Assembly (NCBI GenBank): GCA_013115125.1
Contig: JABANN010000277.1
Location: 1 to 44,093 of the forward strand
Source of the DNA: Perkinsus olseni
Taxonomy: Eukaryota
DNA length: 44,093 nt
Direction: 5' to 3'
The translations under genes were made by a program, and so were the position numbers. Below, one piece after another: positions 1 through 10,519 of the stretch. Positions within the stretch are counted from its first letter, which is position 1. Every line of letters starts with the position of its first letter. The notes beneath the pieces were generated by a model, which was not told where the DNA came from, did no database searches, and was given only the letters and a program-made list of their open reading frames with translations.

Positions 1-20
1 TACGATTATCCTGCGCGGTC

Positions 21-58
21 AATTTCGTGGCGCGTGACGAATTTCGTGGCGCGTGACG
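21..58 (+). repeat. Perfect tandem duplication of the 19-mer AATTTCGTGGCGCGTGACG
   Basis: Two identical adjacent copies at 21-39 and 40-58. Confidence 0.95.
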
Positions 59-153
59 CAAATTTGGCTGCGGTTACCGCCCTCGATAACGTGTAACGGT
101 TGTCCGTTTGCTCTCGATTTATCTGCTCATCGACAGCGTTATCCGTCCGCTCG

Positions 154-1230
154 ATGTCGTTCCTCCCCGACCTACTCTAGGACGTCTATTGGAAAGCGAC
201 TCCGGCATTCCCTTCGCCTGAGAAGATCTCCTACAAGCATTTGGTCGAAGATTTGGCAAGGTTCTACGAGCAGTTGGCCCGTTTCCGCTCTCGCAATACC
301 ACGTCCGCTGATATCGAGGAAGTCGAGGATCAAGGTTAATGATGAAAGACGAGCTTATCGTGTGAGACTTTATTTCTGTCCGTTGAGTTCTGTAATTGAT
401 CGTCTAAAGATTTTTTATGAGTTCTCGTGAAGTCTATTTTTGCCGCTTGTCCGTTGTGATTCGGCGTTGGTTCGGTCCTGGTAGAGAGGAATGTTGTACC
501 AATGGCTAGACCATTGTGTGTCACTGTCCCCCTGTCCCAATTTTCGGCCCGAACGCAACCCTGTCCGCTGGATACTAAGCGTGCTGCAAGCTAAGCTATA
601 GTGGTAGTTCAATAGCTACAACGGACAACATAGGAACGATCGTATAAACGTATACTTGGTTTTGGCTCTTTGTACGTCCGCTTTCGTACAACATTGTCAC
701 TGCTACTTGCCGCGTCTTGAGTTACGTATAAGGAGTCACTGGTCCTACAGCATCTAGTTTAGCGCGCGCCCGTTTATCATCAGTCGCTACGACCAATATC
801 CCACAGTTTCGGATATCTGGCTCTTATCAGACTCTATTCAGCTAACGCGTGCTACCGTTGCTAGCGCTTTCAGATTCTATCTGACTGCACCCGATTGCGT
901 ATCGGATCTGAGTACTATCTGCGCTCAATTGAATCTTAAGCTTATTTTGTCGCGCTGAGTTCTGTGAAATCCATAGTAGAAATTCTTGTTACTACCATCT
1001 ACTGGTAGTCACTTTGCTATTATAAAGAGTCTGGAATCAGTGAACCAACTAGGATCGGTAAGCCTAGATCTGAATCCGAGGCTAGATCCATCGCTTCGTC
1101 CGATGACCGTGTTCTCGATGCTTCTCCCGTTGATCACAGTCATTCTCCCTCCGATTTATCTCGTGCTGTTACGCTACCGAAGGCCCCACACTGCTCACAG
1201 TCTGCGCATGTGGGCGCAAAAGGATGACAC
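154..1230 (+). pseudogene. Degenerate intronless coding remnant, possibly retroelement gag-like
   Basis: Protein-like reads broken by stops and frameshifts (MSFLPDLL*DVYWKATPAFPSPEKISYKHLVEDLARFYEQLARF...; later S/P/D-rich ESGISEPTRIGKPRSESEARS...). No diagnostic motif recognised. Confidence 0.2.
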
Positions 1231-1449
1231 GTACCACTACAATGCCAATGACTGAGGTGGTGTATACCCTGCTTCTTGACTCGCTCCCCCTCGTGGCCGT
1301 TCGCTTCTCAGTTAGAATATCTAGCTGAACTTCGGCTCGACCTCTGTACTGATATAGTTTTAATTCTGTCATCGCCTGTCCGTTATATGTAGTGATGAGG
1401 CGCGGCTATTGTACGTGTGTATCTATTAGTCTGAGCAGCGTGCTGGCTC

Positions 1450-3050
1450 AGTTTGCCAACACCCGGGGTAGTTTCACTGCCTGCATCTAGGACGTACAAT
1501 CCCCAGCTGTTTGCGAATGGTGGGTCGATAACCGCAGATTAGATCGACAGAGCGGGACGAGTTGAGATAGCGAGTTTTGGATGGGTAAGGTCTGCGCTCT
1601 CCATGACACAAGGTGCATACCATCGTCGAATCCTGTGGAGGGTGGGGCTCGAGGGCGAAGCCAGTATTGGGGCCTGGTTGGCACCCCTGCACAGCGTGGG
1701 TCTCCAGTGTACCCTGGAACGAGGCCCACGTGTTCAAGACACGTGTACAGCCACAAGCGCAGTTCGCTAAGCCATGCTGAAGGTCCTCCATGTCAGAGTT
1801 ATACCGTGTGATCAACAAAGCTGTATGTCTATCGAAGCGCACTAGTCACGGGGAACCATAACAAATGAACAGTCCCGGAAGGTGACCTGAGCCGAGTTCC
1901 TAGGCGGGTCAAGTTGCAGGGTAGGACAGAAAGGCCCAACGCCGGAAGAGACAGTCGTGAACCGTGCCAGCTACTTGTGTCACACAAGTAGCTTTCGCTG
2001 GTCGGTGGATGGCACACAAGTTGTGTGCCAGCCACCGAGAAATGCTTGATAACAGCCGTCAAATATACTTGAGGTCCGGGTTCAAAACCACGTGAAAAGT
2101 TCCGCGAATCGCGACCATTGCTCTTTCCTTGTTGGAATTCCATTGGGAGATATTGTCTACTAGACAAGCTGTTAACTGGCAGTTAAGGAATGCTTGGGGT
2201 GCCGTTGCCTGTAAGTTTCAGACTGTAATTGAAGGCAGCAGTCGTGCTGCTTCTAGTGTGCGAACTCATATCTCTGGTTACCACAGTTACTGTAGTACAG
2301 TAACTGTAGTACAGTTGATGCGGCGGACGAAGGGTAGGTATTAGTGCGCTGACACAAATTCGCTGGAGTTCGAGCCCCACGCGCGCCATCCTGGGCCAAG
2401 GAAGCCTTCCAGCGGTTTTAGAGAGAGCCCTTGAGTATTGTGCGAAGTGCAGTATATTCCAAACGCGCACCTGGTTCGGGTGACCTGAAGTGCCACTTCC
2501 AGTGGCACGTTCTGCCCGCGGCCGTTCCTTACAAGTGTGCCAGGAGCTATCATGTGGCCCACTCAGCAACTGCTACTGTAGCACTGCTACTCTAGAGAGA
2601 CGAGCAATCCGGGACAGTCGGGTAATCCGAGTTGATAGACAGTCCAAGTTCCAGGGCAAACCGCCGGAGGTCTAGCTCCAAAAGAAGCAGCTGCGGAACC
2701 TCAAGCAGCCCTAGCAGTTTATCACGCAACAAACTGGATTGCACTTACATTAAGTGACTCGATCCCTTGAGTAACAGGACGTTGTGGGGTCCTCCAGGAA
2801 TAGAGTGCGTGGCGGGTGGCGCATCGATTAGGCGCAGCCAGGCCGCACGATCGATAGGTAGACAGAAGACTGGCACATACCGCAAAGGTCTGATAGTTCT
2901 TCTTTCACAATCCAAGCGTCGATAACAATAACATCCTGTGGCGCACTTTGATACCAATCCGCACAAACGGGCCTCGCTGGATTCATCGGGTTGAAGCGAT
3001 ACTCCCTCGAGTTAATTAGGAGGCAAGCGCCCGTAGTGGACCAAGCTCGT
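1450..3050 (-). pseudogene. Decayed intron-containing gene of unknown function
   Basis: Minus-strand exon-like reads ending at GTATGT/GTAAGT/GTAAGG donors (e.g. ...CADWYQSAPQDVIVIDAWIVKEELSDLC|gt, ...GGPHNVLLLKGSSHL|gt), interrupted by stops and palindromic insertions. Boundaries approximate. Confidence 0.25.
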
Positions 3051-3362
3051 ACGTACCTGACCCACTCGGTCTCATAGCAGAGAACAGGACACCATATGGA
3101 TCGAGTAGCTTAAGAGTAGAGCGACCCAGCAAGGCCGATGAACATACAGTCCAACATACAGTCCGAATATATTGTACTGTCGAACTTCAATCATGCGCTA
3201 ATATTCCCATTCCAACCTCTGTATTTTCAGGAGACAATGGCGCTGAGTACGCAGAACTGCTAGCTGCTCCACCGAGCATACGTGCTGTACGTACAAATGA
3301 CGCCCTTCACAATCCAAATAAGCAGACTCACTTTTGCTGTCGATCTCCGTCATGTGCCTGAC

Positions 3363-3385
3363 CTTCGTTTTCCTTTCGTCTTCAG
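3363..3385 (+). promoter_or_regulatory. Polypyrimidine tract plus AG just upstream of the ATG; candidate (trans-)splice acceptor
   Basis: CTTCGTTTTCCTTTCGTCTTCAG ends 12 nt before ATG 3398. The same YAG-TGYCTTTAMYCA-ATG arrangement precedes both paralogues (5929, 12244). SL trans-splicing is an inference from the likely organism. Confidence 0.45.
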
Positions 3386-3397
3386 TGTCTTTACTCA

Positions 3398-3796
3398 ATG
3401 CAACTCATCTCCACTATCACGACTACGGTAGGGTTCCTCCTACCTTGGCTATCAGCCGCTGACCCTACCCCTGGAATTTACACCAGATGCATGGGTCTGC
3501 GTCATTCGGCCAATCTCGCAGCTATTGAACTAACGGGAAAGGGAATTACTTTCCACTTCGAAGACATTCACCAGCTTGATACCGATGCGGCGACCTTTGG
3601 CAAGTACCCCTACGCTGTCTATTATGGATCCTTGGTGGCCCCTCAGTTGATCGGAATTGCCCCTGATGAATTATTCACACGAGCAGCCGTCGGAGGCCTT
3701 ACAAGCAGTAGCCTACACTCCATCCGGGTGGATCCGCAAGGCAGGTTGAATGTGGTGCACGCCACGGGTACTCAGATCTACTGTTTAAAATATTAA
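3398..3796 (+). CDS. Small secreted protein (132 aa, intronless), intact member of a local 3-copy family
   Basis: ATG-TAA ORF with a signal-peptide-like N-terminus (MQLISTITTTVGFLLPWLSAA). Clear paralogues at 5929 and 12244 share FED...DT, GSLVA and GGLTS.SL.SI.VD.QGRL motifs (partly deleted in the 5929 copy). Confidence 0.85.
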   Translation: MQLISTITTTVGFLLPWLSAADPTPGIYTRCMGLRHSANLAAIELTGKGITFHFEDIHQLDTDAATFGKYPYAVYYGSLVAPQLIGIAPDELFTRAAVGGLTSSSLHSIRVDPQGRLNVVHATGTQIYCLKY

Positions 3797-3859
3797 TAGA
3801 GATTCTTTATGACTTCTCTATTAGAGAAGTTCTCTATTAATAAGAGAACTCTCTCTAAG

Positions 3860-4350
3860 AGAACTGGTTTTGATGTACGATATTATTTGCCGATGGTAGG
3901 CCGTGAGTGAACCTCCGTCGCCTGCGATTGCCAATTTTCTCACTTACGTCGTGTGGTGAATAGTCGCCAATTTATGGCAATTTTCATTCCTCTCGTAGGA
4001 GACTCTCCTACGGAGAGGCATTCTGTCAGAGAATGCCAAAATTCTATCAGAGGATGCCATTCTATCAGAGGATGCCACAGCTCCTCGAGACTCAGTCGAT
4101 ACTAATCAAGGATGTCCAATCTGCTTCGGCGAATACCTTATTCACCCTCGTCTTTCATACTTCATCTTAGTTCTCTGTGAAAGAGCCAGATCGAAAAGAC
4201 GGTCTTCAAATTCTCTTTAAGTTTTGCGTTGTCCTGAACGACGGAGTCTCAGATCTCGACGAGCTAGAGATGAAGCGCCAAACAGGGAGTCAAGGCGGAA
4301 TGAAGGGTTGGAGTCAGTCCGATGTTCCACCAGGGGCCCGAGTGCTAGAT
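3860..4350. repeat. Downstream-flank module of the secreted-gene duplication unit; other copies at ~6272-6600, ~9500-9660, ~9900-10130, ~12650-12920
   Basis: Shared blocks such as GCCGATGGTAGGCCGTGAGT, CATTCTATCAGAGGATGYCACAGCTCCTCG and GGAGTCAGTCCGATG recur, with divergence, among the copies. Confidence 0.85.
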
Positions 4351-5499
4351 CACCGCTCAAGTGGTCCCAACTTGTCCGTCACCGAAGATATGGTCATGCA
4401 TAGGAAACTTCTCCAGGAGAAGTCCGCGCACGGCGAGCTTGGTGAACGACCGTGTTAAACCCAAAGATTGAACTCTTCTGATCGGATCGGAATCTCGGTA
4501 TCCTCACTCGGTAAGGCTAACCGGTTAGGCCGAGTTACGTGGTGAAGGTTGGCGTAACCTTGTGAGATCTCAAGGAAATCTGAATCTGCTGAAGTTGCCG
4601 GGTATTGGCGATAACACAAAGAGGTATCGGAATCTCCGATTCGTTAGGGGATGCCATTAATCAAAGGTAGACGAGTATAAAAAGTTGGGCTAAGAATTTG
4701 AGTGATCGCGAGTTTCCCCATACAAGGACTGTGTTAGGTGCTCCAGTTGAGTCTAACACAAGAGTGAAAGGAGCCGCCAAGGAAGCCTTGAATATGCGTG
4801 CAGCTGTGTAGTCAGCATAGCCTGTGGCAAAGCAGCGCAACTATAAAGACAACACGGAGGATACCATTCTCCGCCATTAACATCATCACGCATTAGGCAG
4901 CATTTAAGCAACAATACTCAGTAGCTCATTTCCTTATGAATGAGCACATGTACAAGGCTATACATCGCTATATACTATATAGCCTATATAGTATATAAGC
5001 TATAACAACTCTGCATGACAACTGTCGGACAGTTGCTGTCCCTACCTGAGAGACAACAACTGTTCTCGAAAGATCTGTCCCGAGGGGAATTGCGTCCTCC
5101 GAGGACGCGATCCCCTAGGAACAGAGGTGACGAGGATCGTCCTCGTCACCGTAGGCCCGCAGCAGCTCCATTCACCATGTCACCGTGACTACACGGCAGA
5201 GGCGAACAAGTGCAAGTAGCAGGGAAATGACTGAGGCGTTCCTATCATGGCGTCAGTTGCAAAGGAGATACGATCATCTTCGAGGACTCCCATCATGGGA
5301 GCAGCGAAGGAAGGGAGAAATAGCCGTCATGGTGACGCCGTCACCGCGAGTGTCACAGTAGAAGACAGATGTCCCGGACATCATCCGGAAGGACCCACCT
5401 GGGACCTGGTGAAGCCCGGCCGCTAGAAGGCTTGGATATACGGTTCGGCATGCATCGGTGGCCGAGGCGTTAGAGTATCCCTTCGAGTGAGGCGGGGGG

Positions 5500-5928
5500 C
5501 ATGATCTGCGACCCTGACAGTTCGGTCCCCAGATTTACCATTCGCTAGCATCGCGACACGGTGTCACTCCCGTTGTCTGCATCATTGTTTCCTGATGCTC
5601 TCTCCATGAATGCACTTTCAACGGCAGTAGATGGTTAGAATGGTAAATTGTAATCTTTTTGGGCTATATCCCAACCCGTTACCACCTTTCTCGTTATTGG
5701 TCCACCCGGGAAGGGCGATATTATCGTTTAGTCGCTGTGACCAGTGCGCAACGGTGGCGCACAAGCTCATGCGTGCGCGTTGGCCCACAGTATGCGACGC
5801 GATCGATTACGATGTAGCGTAAAACAGGCCAAACACGTGATCAGTCCTATTTTGCCGCACATAGTTTACGAATGCCGAGTTGCACGCCCGTAACTTCGTC
5901 CACCTGTCTTCTTCAGTGCCTTTAACCA
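5500..5928. repeat. Upstream-flank module, homologous to ~11803-12243
   Basis: Shared ATGATCTGCGACCC, CACGGTGTCAC, GACGCGATCGATT, AGCGTAAAA and CGAGTTGCAC blocks in the same order before both pseudogene ATGs. Confidence 0.8.
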
Positions 5929-6268
5929 ATGCAACTCTTCTCCACTGTCATTGCTACGGTAGGATTTCTCCTACCTTCGCTATCAGCCCCTGACGTGACT
6001 CCTGGGTTCTATATTAGATGCCCAGGTCTGCCTGCTCTGTCCAGTCTCGCTGCTGTGGTTCTCACCGGGAGTGAAGTCACTTGCCCTTTAAGACATCCCC
6101 CACTTTGATACCGATGAGACGCCCTTTGGCTCGTACCGTTACAGTGTCCGTCACAGAAGTTTTGGCTACAAGCAGTAGCCCACACTCCATCTCGGTGCTC
6201 AGCAAGGCAGGTTGCTGGTGAGAAACCTGAATAGGTATCCCGGGGCTACCGAGTTTCACTGTCGTTAA
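5929..6268 (+). pseudogene. Pseudogene of the small secreted-protein family
   Basis: MQLFSTVIATVGFLLPSLSAPDVTPGFYIRCPGL... aligns to 3398-3796, then frameshifts near 6085, lacks an internal block after ...RHRSF, and ends QGRLLVRNLNRYPGATEFHCR* like the 12244 copy. Confidence 0.85.
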
Positions 6269-6719
6269 TGAGAGAGCTCTGGCTTCGGTGTATGATACTA
6301 TTCGGCAATGGTGGGCTGTGAGTAACTTTCGGTCGTCTACGACTACCAACTTTGCTATTTTGAATCCGTTATGTGGCGGACCATCACCAATTGATGTGGG
6401 TTCTGAAGATCTCCGACCGAGAGACATTCTATCAGAGGATATCACAGCTTCTCGAGAGTCGGTCGCTGCTGATGAAGGATGTCAAGTCTGCTTTTGCGAA
6501 TGCTTTCATTTCACCGTCGATCTCGATACTCAATCTTTGGCTTTTGTGAATGAGAGCAAGACGCCCTCATCGATCCCGCTGACGGGAGAAGTCCTCTCCT
6601 TAGGACTAGGCTAGTCCTTAGCCAATTACGGAGAGAAGCCGCGTTGATTCTATTAAATAGAATCTATTTCATGACTTTCGCGGGATATTGAATAGTTATT
6701 TTTCATCTTCTCCCGCCAT

Positions 6720-8400
6720 ATGCCTACTGCTCTCGTTGGTATCATCCTACCCCTCTGTCTCGGTGTCGCAGTCGTTGGGATGCTCGTCGATGACGTGCCA
6801 GGAGCCCCTGGAGGATTTGATAGCGACAAGCTGAAGCCCATTCCCAGCACGTGTCTCGAGGGCTTTCTATCCCCTGCGTTCGATATGTAAGTTCAACCTC
6901 TGCGGTGCCCCCCTGTCACTTCAGTAGTGACTTGAGGAGCTCAAGTGATACTCTGCAATGGAACTTCATCCTCAGGAACGAATGCCTCCCAGTATTATGG
7001 AACCAAATGGTGGTGAGTGCAGCCACCTCGAAGCTAAATGAGGAGCTCAAGCGACTGAAGTAAGAAGAAGTTCGATGCCGTTGTGAGCTGCATCCATGCA
7101 GAAAGGAATACTGTTTTCTCAGGCGAGACGTCAGCGCCGAGACCTACTACTCAGTCGAGCTCTACAATGTGGTTGTGACGAACAAAGGTGAGCCTGATAT
7201 GAATGGACTCCACTTAGTGGGGTTAGCTCTCCTTTCCTGCGGTTTGACGACCGCCTTCAGTCCTGAAGACTAAAGCTTAGCCCTAAGGCCTATGACCGTC
7301 TACTTATGTCTCCCGTGTTAGGTGCAACTCACATGAGTCAGCTCCGTGTACTCCCTCAAGACTACACAATCCACACCGTTATAACTGAGCCTCGGCAAGA
7401 CCAGTCAGCCGACGCTCCTGAGTTCAGTGTCCGCGTTATCGACGACGTGCTGGTGGCCAATAGAAGACGCGCTGCGACTAACACGTCGTCAGTTCCTAGG
7501 AGGACGCAAACTACTGGCATCCCAGAAAGTGAGAAGTTTAGCTTCGACATGAAGGTCTCTGAGAGTCTCACTCTAACACGCTCTTATTATCGCCACCTCC
7601 CCCCCAAGGGTGTCGAGGTTAGGGGTATACTCATACAGTATCATGGTTGGGGTGAAACATGTGAGTCATGGGAGGCGTACTCCAAGACTACTGCCATCGC
7701 TGATGAGTATGGCCTCATATTGATCACTGCCTGTGGTAGTAACTATGGATGGCTTTCAACCTTCGCCGCAGACGTTCACGGATGGAATGCCGGTACATGC
7801 TGCCTTCAGAACAAAGACATCGACGATGTGGAGTACACGAAGACTATCATCAAGAGGGAGAATACGAATAATTTGCCCGTCTATGGTTATGGTTACAGTA
7901 ATGGTGGTATGATGGTGGAAGCACTACTGTGTCATAAGGTCATCCAGAGCGCGGTGTCAGTAAACGGTGTATTGGCCCTGCCTCCTGGTCTGCGAGGATC
8001 TTTCGGGACTTGCTCGAAGTTGTACAAGGATGGTTCCCTGGGCCCGAAGCCTTTGGCGCCGAGAGTGGCGAGCGTGCACTGTCTTGATGATGAATATGTT
8101 CCCTACGAAGGCTCTTCTTTGTATGAAGGGTGGTTCTACGGGACATATTTCCCGAGGACTGACAGAGACCTCAGACGCTGGGCTAGTAGGATCGGGTGCG
8201 AAGACGACGTCACTACCAAGAACAAGATCAACGAGTGGATAACACTGAAAGAGTGGCAGTGCCCGGCAGAGGAGAGGGTCGCCTTAGTAAAGAGGTTTGA
8301 GTGTAAAAGGCATAATAAACACTCACCGCATAGTGTCGTCAGAACCGCTGACTTCGACCCTGCCGAGTGGGCGGTGAGATTCTTCCTTAGCGAAGATTAG
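6720..8400 (+). CDS. Secreted alpha/beta-hydrolase, PHB-depolymerase/LpqC-like esterase (~465 aa, 4 exons)
   Basis: Exons 6720-6886, 6976-7059, 7123-7187 and 7322-8400 join in phase via GT-AG introns. Hydrophobic N-terminus (MPTALVGIILPLCLGVAVVG). Family motifs YHGWG, IADEYG, WNAGTCC, DDVEY, nucleophile elbow GYSNGG, HCLDDEYVP. Confidence 0.8.
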
Positions 8401-10519
8401 GTATCTCATTGCTAGCATCAAATGCCGCCTCGGTCCTACTGGCTACTCAGTCCAACTTTTCTTCACAGGCGACAAATTCCTGTGCTATGCTCATCAATTT
8501 ATTAATGTACCCATCGAAATGTATTCCTATCTGTTGCCACCGCGTGTCACACCTTGACCTAACCGATGCTTCATAGCATAGGCATTTTTTTGATGGTCGC
8601 ATTGGCTCCGAGAGAGACTCTCTCAGAGAGCGCCAAGTGGTTAACACAGCAGGTTGATGGATATGATACCCTTTTTTATTTCTTCATTATCGCCACTGCA
8701 GCTGAGTGAATGGCAGGTTGTAGGTTCCGATAATCGGAATCCGATTCAGAGTGTATGACGTTTTTCGCTCGCTCGTTGTGGCTGCTTTGCTTGAGCCGAG
8801 CCACGGCCATTTTCCCTATTTTGCGTAAATCAAGTCCGAGTCGTAGTAGACCCATTTTCAGGCCCAGGCCTCAGTAGTTAGCTGACCATTGACGATATAT
8901 GCCATGTGAGTCCCGCCAAAGCCGCGAGCCCCAGTTCTAACCTCGCGACTCCTCGCTGTTGAGTATATTCCGCTGATCGTATCTTGCTCCCTGAGAAGCT
9001 GAGGTGGAGCTAAGCTAGGTAGCGGCCGGTAAGAAGACAGCATATGGGAGATTGGCTTCCAGATGGCAAAACCCGGGTGTTGCGTTCTCATTGTGAACTT
9101 CTCAATCAGCCAGTCTCATATCATTGTGCACCGTCCGGCCTTGTTGCCTCTTGAACATCCACTGGGCCGGGCTTAGTGAGCCCTTCTCGATCGAAACTAG
9201 GGCCGGGCTGGCTATCCACTCCACGAGTGTGACCCAGAATGGCTCGATGGCGTACGTCCCCGTGTCACCGCGACACTGTCACGATGCTTGCCGATGCATC
9301 TCTTACGGTGTCTCCCTCACTAGCAGGCTGCTAGTAGCAGCTATGCCGCTCCTGTCGATTGGACTTGCACACCAATACGGGGTGGTCACTGATACGGCTA
9401 ATGTCCGCACGCACGGAGTCACAGCACTAAGTGTAGTGGCACTGCATAAACAGTGCCACCGCACTATGGTACAGTGAGAGTGTCCCGATAATATTAGAAG
9501 AGGTCATCCTCAAATTCTTCAAGTTTCGTGTTGTCACTCTGGATCTCAGGTCTCGACAGGTCATAAGTTTTGACTCAAAACCTGATTGCTGATGACCAGT
9601 CAATCAACGCGAAGTGAAGGGTGGGAGTCAGTCCGATGGTCCACCCGGAACCCGAATGTTCCAGGGTGCCGCCTTAAGAAGGCCCCCCTCGTGAATAAGC
9701 CGGCTCCACGGCAGAACATGTAGTGTTGTAGAGTACAAAAAAGTAGCGACGATGAGATCGGGCGAGGGCTAGTTACAATATTAGCCGGCCGGCAGACTAG
9801 AAGAAGCAGTATGTACCCCGTAGAGTAGCGGTGTTTGTCAGTTGATTGCGTGCCCCTCGTTAAAGTTTTTTTCTTAAGTAGTTAGGTGTGCTGGGGTAGA
9901 CAATTTTTTCCTTTCGAAGGAGAGGCATTCTATAAGAGGATGTCACAACTCCTCGGGAGTCAGTCGCTGCTAACGAAGGATGTCAAGTGCCAGGTCTGCT
10001 TTGGCGAATGCCTTCATGTCACCCTCCATCTTAATACTCGAACTCGTGAATGGGAGCAAAACGCCCTCATCGATTCGCTGACGGGAAAGGTTATTCTCAA
10101 ACTCTTCAAGTTTGGTGTTGTTACTCTACGTGAAGCCACTGACTACGGGGATTACGATTTTGGGCGGTGGCCGCGACGACAGTGGCTGAAGAAAGGCAAA
10201 GGGAACTCGGGGATAGCCACGACGTCTTCTATGCCTAGGCGCAGACCAGCCACCGTGAGTCCTGCGGCTTTGACTGCCGTATCTTAAAGATACATTGACC
10301 GGCTCACGCAGAAGCTGCGGAACCGCTCAAATCGCTACCAAGGAAATATGATGGCAAACTGACAGGCGAAAGGTGTCTTCGATTCACGTGTCTCGCAGAA
10401 CCGCCTCTCTTTCGTCGAAAACGAAATATCACGGTAACAGGAAATTACAACTCGACGCCGATCAGTTACGAAAAAATGCATCCGTCCTGGCTAGGGCTCT
10501 GATCAGTTATATTCGGTCA

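Noticed and set aside
59-80. Possible LTR end (CA) followed by a primer-binding site TGGCTGCGGTTACC
   Set aside because: The implied tRNA 3' end does not match one I recognise, and no second LTR is visible.
4924-5345. CRISPR-like or terminator array
   Set aside because: Hairpin sequences are unrelated, spacing is irregular, there are no U-tracts or cas genes, and the context is eukaryotic.
8790-8810. CTTGAGCC resembling the reverse complement of the perkinsid/dinoflagellate spliced-leader 3' end
   Set aside because: Only 8 nt match contiguously; the rest of the leader is not convincingly present.
8858-9330. Possible integrase remnant (HLEANLPYAVF on the minus strand)
   Set aside because: Single weak motif with no DDE or HHCC context.
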